A stretch of DNA of 64,000 bases from Monocercomonoides exilis PA203 (lineage: Eukaryota > Protista > Preaxostyla): contig LSRY02000007.1 of NCBI GenBank assembly GCA_001643675.2, positions 992,001 to 1,056,000 of the forward strand. The letters are read 5' to 3'. The first letter of the stretch is position 1, and every line of letters starts with the position of its first letter. Positions 61,269-64,000 of the stretch are shown here, in pieces. Below the pieces are notes generated by a model. That model was not told the origin of the DNA, ran no database searches, and saw only the letters and a program-made list of their open reading frames with translations. The translations under genes were made by a program, and so were the position numbers.

Positions 61269-64000
61269 AATATGATGGTATTGATGATAATGTCATCGAT
61301 GAAGTTGATGACAAGTGCTCTTCTGATTTAGAAGAAGAAGAAGATGATGATGATGATGAAAAAGAAGAAGAAGAAATCAAAGAATTAGATAAAGAAGGCA
61401 AAGAATTCGCTCTTTGTGAAGATTCGATAGCTAAGATCTCATTGTTTTGTGAATGCTTTTCTTTGACAAGATTATCTTCATCACATTTCTTTTCTGATAA
61501 CTCATTCGTTTCTGTCTCTTTTTGATTGAAAAAGCTGTTTTCACTGCCGTCAAGACATGTTTCTTCATCATCTGCATCTAAGAAATCATCAACATCATTA
61601 TCTTCTTCTTCCTCCTCCTCCTCTTTTCCTTCTATTTCTTTTTCTCCCTCTTTTTCTTCCATTTCTTTTATTTCTTCTTCTTCTTCCTCTTCCTCTTCTT
61701 CAGTGATAGATGGATCAACACAGTCATTTTGATTAGTTTCTGTAATTTCATTGAAAATTTGATTGTTCATTTCAAAATTTTCTTCTTTCGAATAATTTTC
61801 TTCGTTTTCTTTAATTTCTTCTTGTTTCACTTCAATTCCTTTTTCATTCTCAGTTATTAAGATTAAATTATTAATGGCATCGACAACTTCATTGTCTGCC
61901 TTCATATGTTCGCTTTGAACATTTTGTTCGAAAGAAGAGGAAGAGGAAGATGAAGAGGAATGGGAAGGAGATGGGGAGGAGAAAGAAGAGGAAGAAGAGG
62001 AAGAGGAAGATGTCAAAGAGGAAGTAGTAGTAGTAGTAGAAGAAGAAGAAGAAGATTCCGAACAAACAGTTTCTGATTGAAACATCTTGTCTTCTTCAAA
62101 CAAGTCGAATTCATCGTCCATTGCTGATTTATCAAGAGAATTCATAGGAATTTTGGAAATTCTCATTTCTTCTTCCTTTTTTCCACTTTTTTCTTTATAA
62201 ATGCTTGAAAATTCATCATTTTTAGCTGAATTTTTATTCATTTCATTGAAAGCCATCTTCATAGCAGACGATTTTATTGCCATTTCTAGTTCTTTTTTCA
62301 GAAGTTTTCTTTTTGCCTTTATTTCACTCAGCTTTTCATTGTCAATTTCTTCTTCTTCTTCTTCTTCTTCTTCGGTTTCTTCTTCAGACTCTTCCTCTTC
62401 TTCGCTCTTTTCTCTTTCTCCTTCTCCTTCTCTTTCTTCTTTATTACCATTTCTTAATTCATTTATCGATTTTCCTTTGATATTGTTATCTTCTTCATCG
62501 TCCTTTCCTTCTTCTATCTTGTTATTTTCTTTCATTTCACTTCTCATTTTCTCATCGTTGTTTATCTTTTCTAATGTCTTCAATTGCTCCACTTTCTTCT
62601 GCTTTAAGAATTCTGTATTGATTGGCAAAGACTTCTTGTTTTCATCATGATTCATAAAAGAGAGTAAAAGAGAAGCAGAAGCAGAAGAAGAAGAAGAAAA
62701 AGAAGAAGAAGAAGAAGAAGAAGAAGAAGAAGAAGAAGAAGAAGATGATGATGATGATGATGATGATGAAGGCGAAGAAGAAGAAGAAGGCTGACAAGAA
62801 GAAGAAGAAGAAATTGCAGAAGCAACTGCAGAAGAAGAATAAGAAGAATAAGAATAATTAGAAGAATTCGAATCAGAAGAAGCAGATGTCACTCCCATTG
62901 ACAAATCACTTGGCGATGCGAAAGAAGAAGGCGAAGAGAGTAAAGTCGCTGAATGAGCTGATAATTCTGCTTGTCCATTTGGGGAAGAGAGTAAAATCGA
63001 TTGCGAAGTGCAGGTGTTTGGAGAAAGAGAAGGGGCTTGTTGAGAAGAAGAAGAAGAAGATGGCGAAGATGAAGAAGAAGAAGATAACAATGAAGATGTG
63101 TTGTGTGTTGGTGATAAGTTGGGGAAAGGAGAGGAAAGAAGAGACGGGGTTTGGGGAGAGAACAAGGAGCAGTCAAGAGACGGAGACAAAGTCTGTGAAA
63201 TGCAAGTTTCATTCTCTTTTTGATTACTTCCTTCGATAATTTTGGATGTGGATGATAATTTGTTTTCTGATGATAATTGTGGCAGGAGTTTGCTCTCGTG
63301 TGGAATTTGTGGGTTTGAAATGGAATGTTGCGTTGTTGTTGTTGTTGTGATTGTTGATGATAAAGATGATGGTTGTTGACTGAATGGATGAGATGAGTCA
63401 GAAATCTGATGTGATATTGAATTTTTCATTGGCTCTAAAAAGGATAATAAAGAAGGGGTGATATGCTCAGGTGAGACAGAATGAGAAGAAGATGGCTTTG
63501 ATATTAAAGAAGAAGACAGGTCTTTTAAAGATGGGAGCATTCGAAGTGAAATTAATGGCTTTTGCTGCGTTTCGCTTGTGGATAAAGCTGGATATGGCTG
63601 TTGCTTGGCTGAAGATATTAATGTTTTATTCCATTCTGATGATAATGATGAAGATACATTTAAATGAGGAACCGTCAATTCATCGATGCTTTGAAGCGAG
63701 CGACCATATTGCGTTTTACTCGCAGGAATTGCAATTCCTCTCTTGGAATCAATCAAACGCTTAAGCTGCTCAACAAGTAACGTTTTTCTTCCAGATTTAT
63801 TCATTTGCCTGCACCCATTTGCTTCAAGCATAGCAATAACTTCGTCCTTTGTAAGCTTACGTTCCAATTCTTCAATGCTTAATTTGTAAATATCCTTTCC
63901 AAGCAAGCTGAAAATTCGTTCATATTCCGCATCTGCAATAACAGATTGAACCAGATTTTTTCCTATCTGTGAAGGCTGCAGATTTATTCCATCTTTGCTA
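55461..64000 (-). CDS. Giant Smr-domain endonuclease (Cue2/N4BP2/NONU-1-like C-terminus) with CUE-like domain, N-terminal SAP-like motif and poly-Ser/Glu regions; 5' end off window
   Basis: Smr motifs MDLHG and HIITGKGSHS, CUE-like LMREIFPSIDESIFIQALKETDFELNDAI, SAP-like LTKDEVIAMLEANGCRQMNKSGRKTLLVEQL. Four GT-AG introns join the ORFs in frame. Stop TAG at 55463-55461; the frame is open to the right edge. Confidence 0.8.

Overview
AT-rich, intron-containing eukaryotic DNA that uses the standard genetic code. Short GT-AG introns, very long poly-Ser/Glu proteins and the expanded orphan families resemble an oxymonad/metamonad protist such as Monocercomonoides; this is an inference from recall, not a database result. 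The left block (1-32.1 kb) is gene-dense: a beta-helix-like surface protein running off the left edge, a CCHC zinc-knuckle protein, a two-RRM protein, a catalytically dead cathepsin B-like protein, IQCA1/DRC11, a small orphan, a MORN-repeat TKL kinase, a DBP2/DDX5 helicase, an N-acylated SPRY-like protein and a PB1 protein. The middle (~32.3-49.9 kb) is an accessory island of decayed reading frames and repeats. It is dominated by a 7.8-kb unit bounded by 296-bp inverted repeats (293/296 identical) that encloses a dead hAT transposase and a receptor-pseudokinase tail, and it also holds a palindromic/foldback minisatellite. The right part has a second intronless beta-helix-like membrane protein and a giant SAP-like/CUE/Smr endonuclease gene running off the right edge. 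The best novelty candidate is the long-inverted-repeat, cargo-carrying hAT unit. All gene models were spliced by hand.
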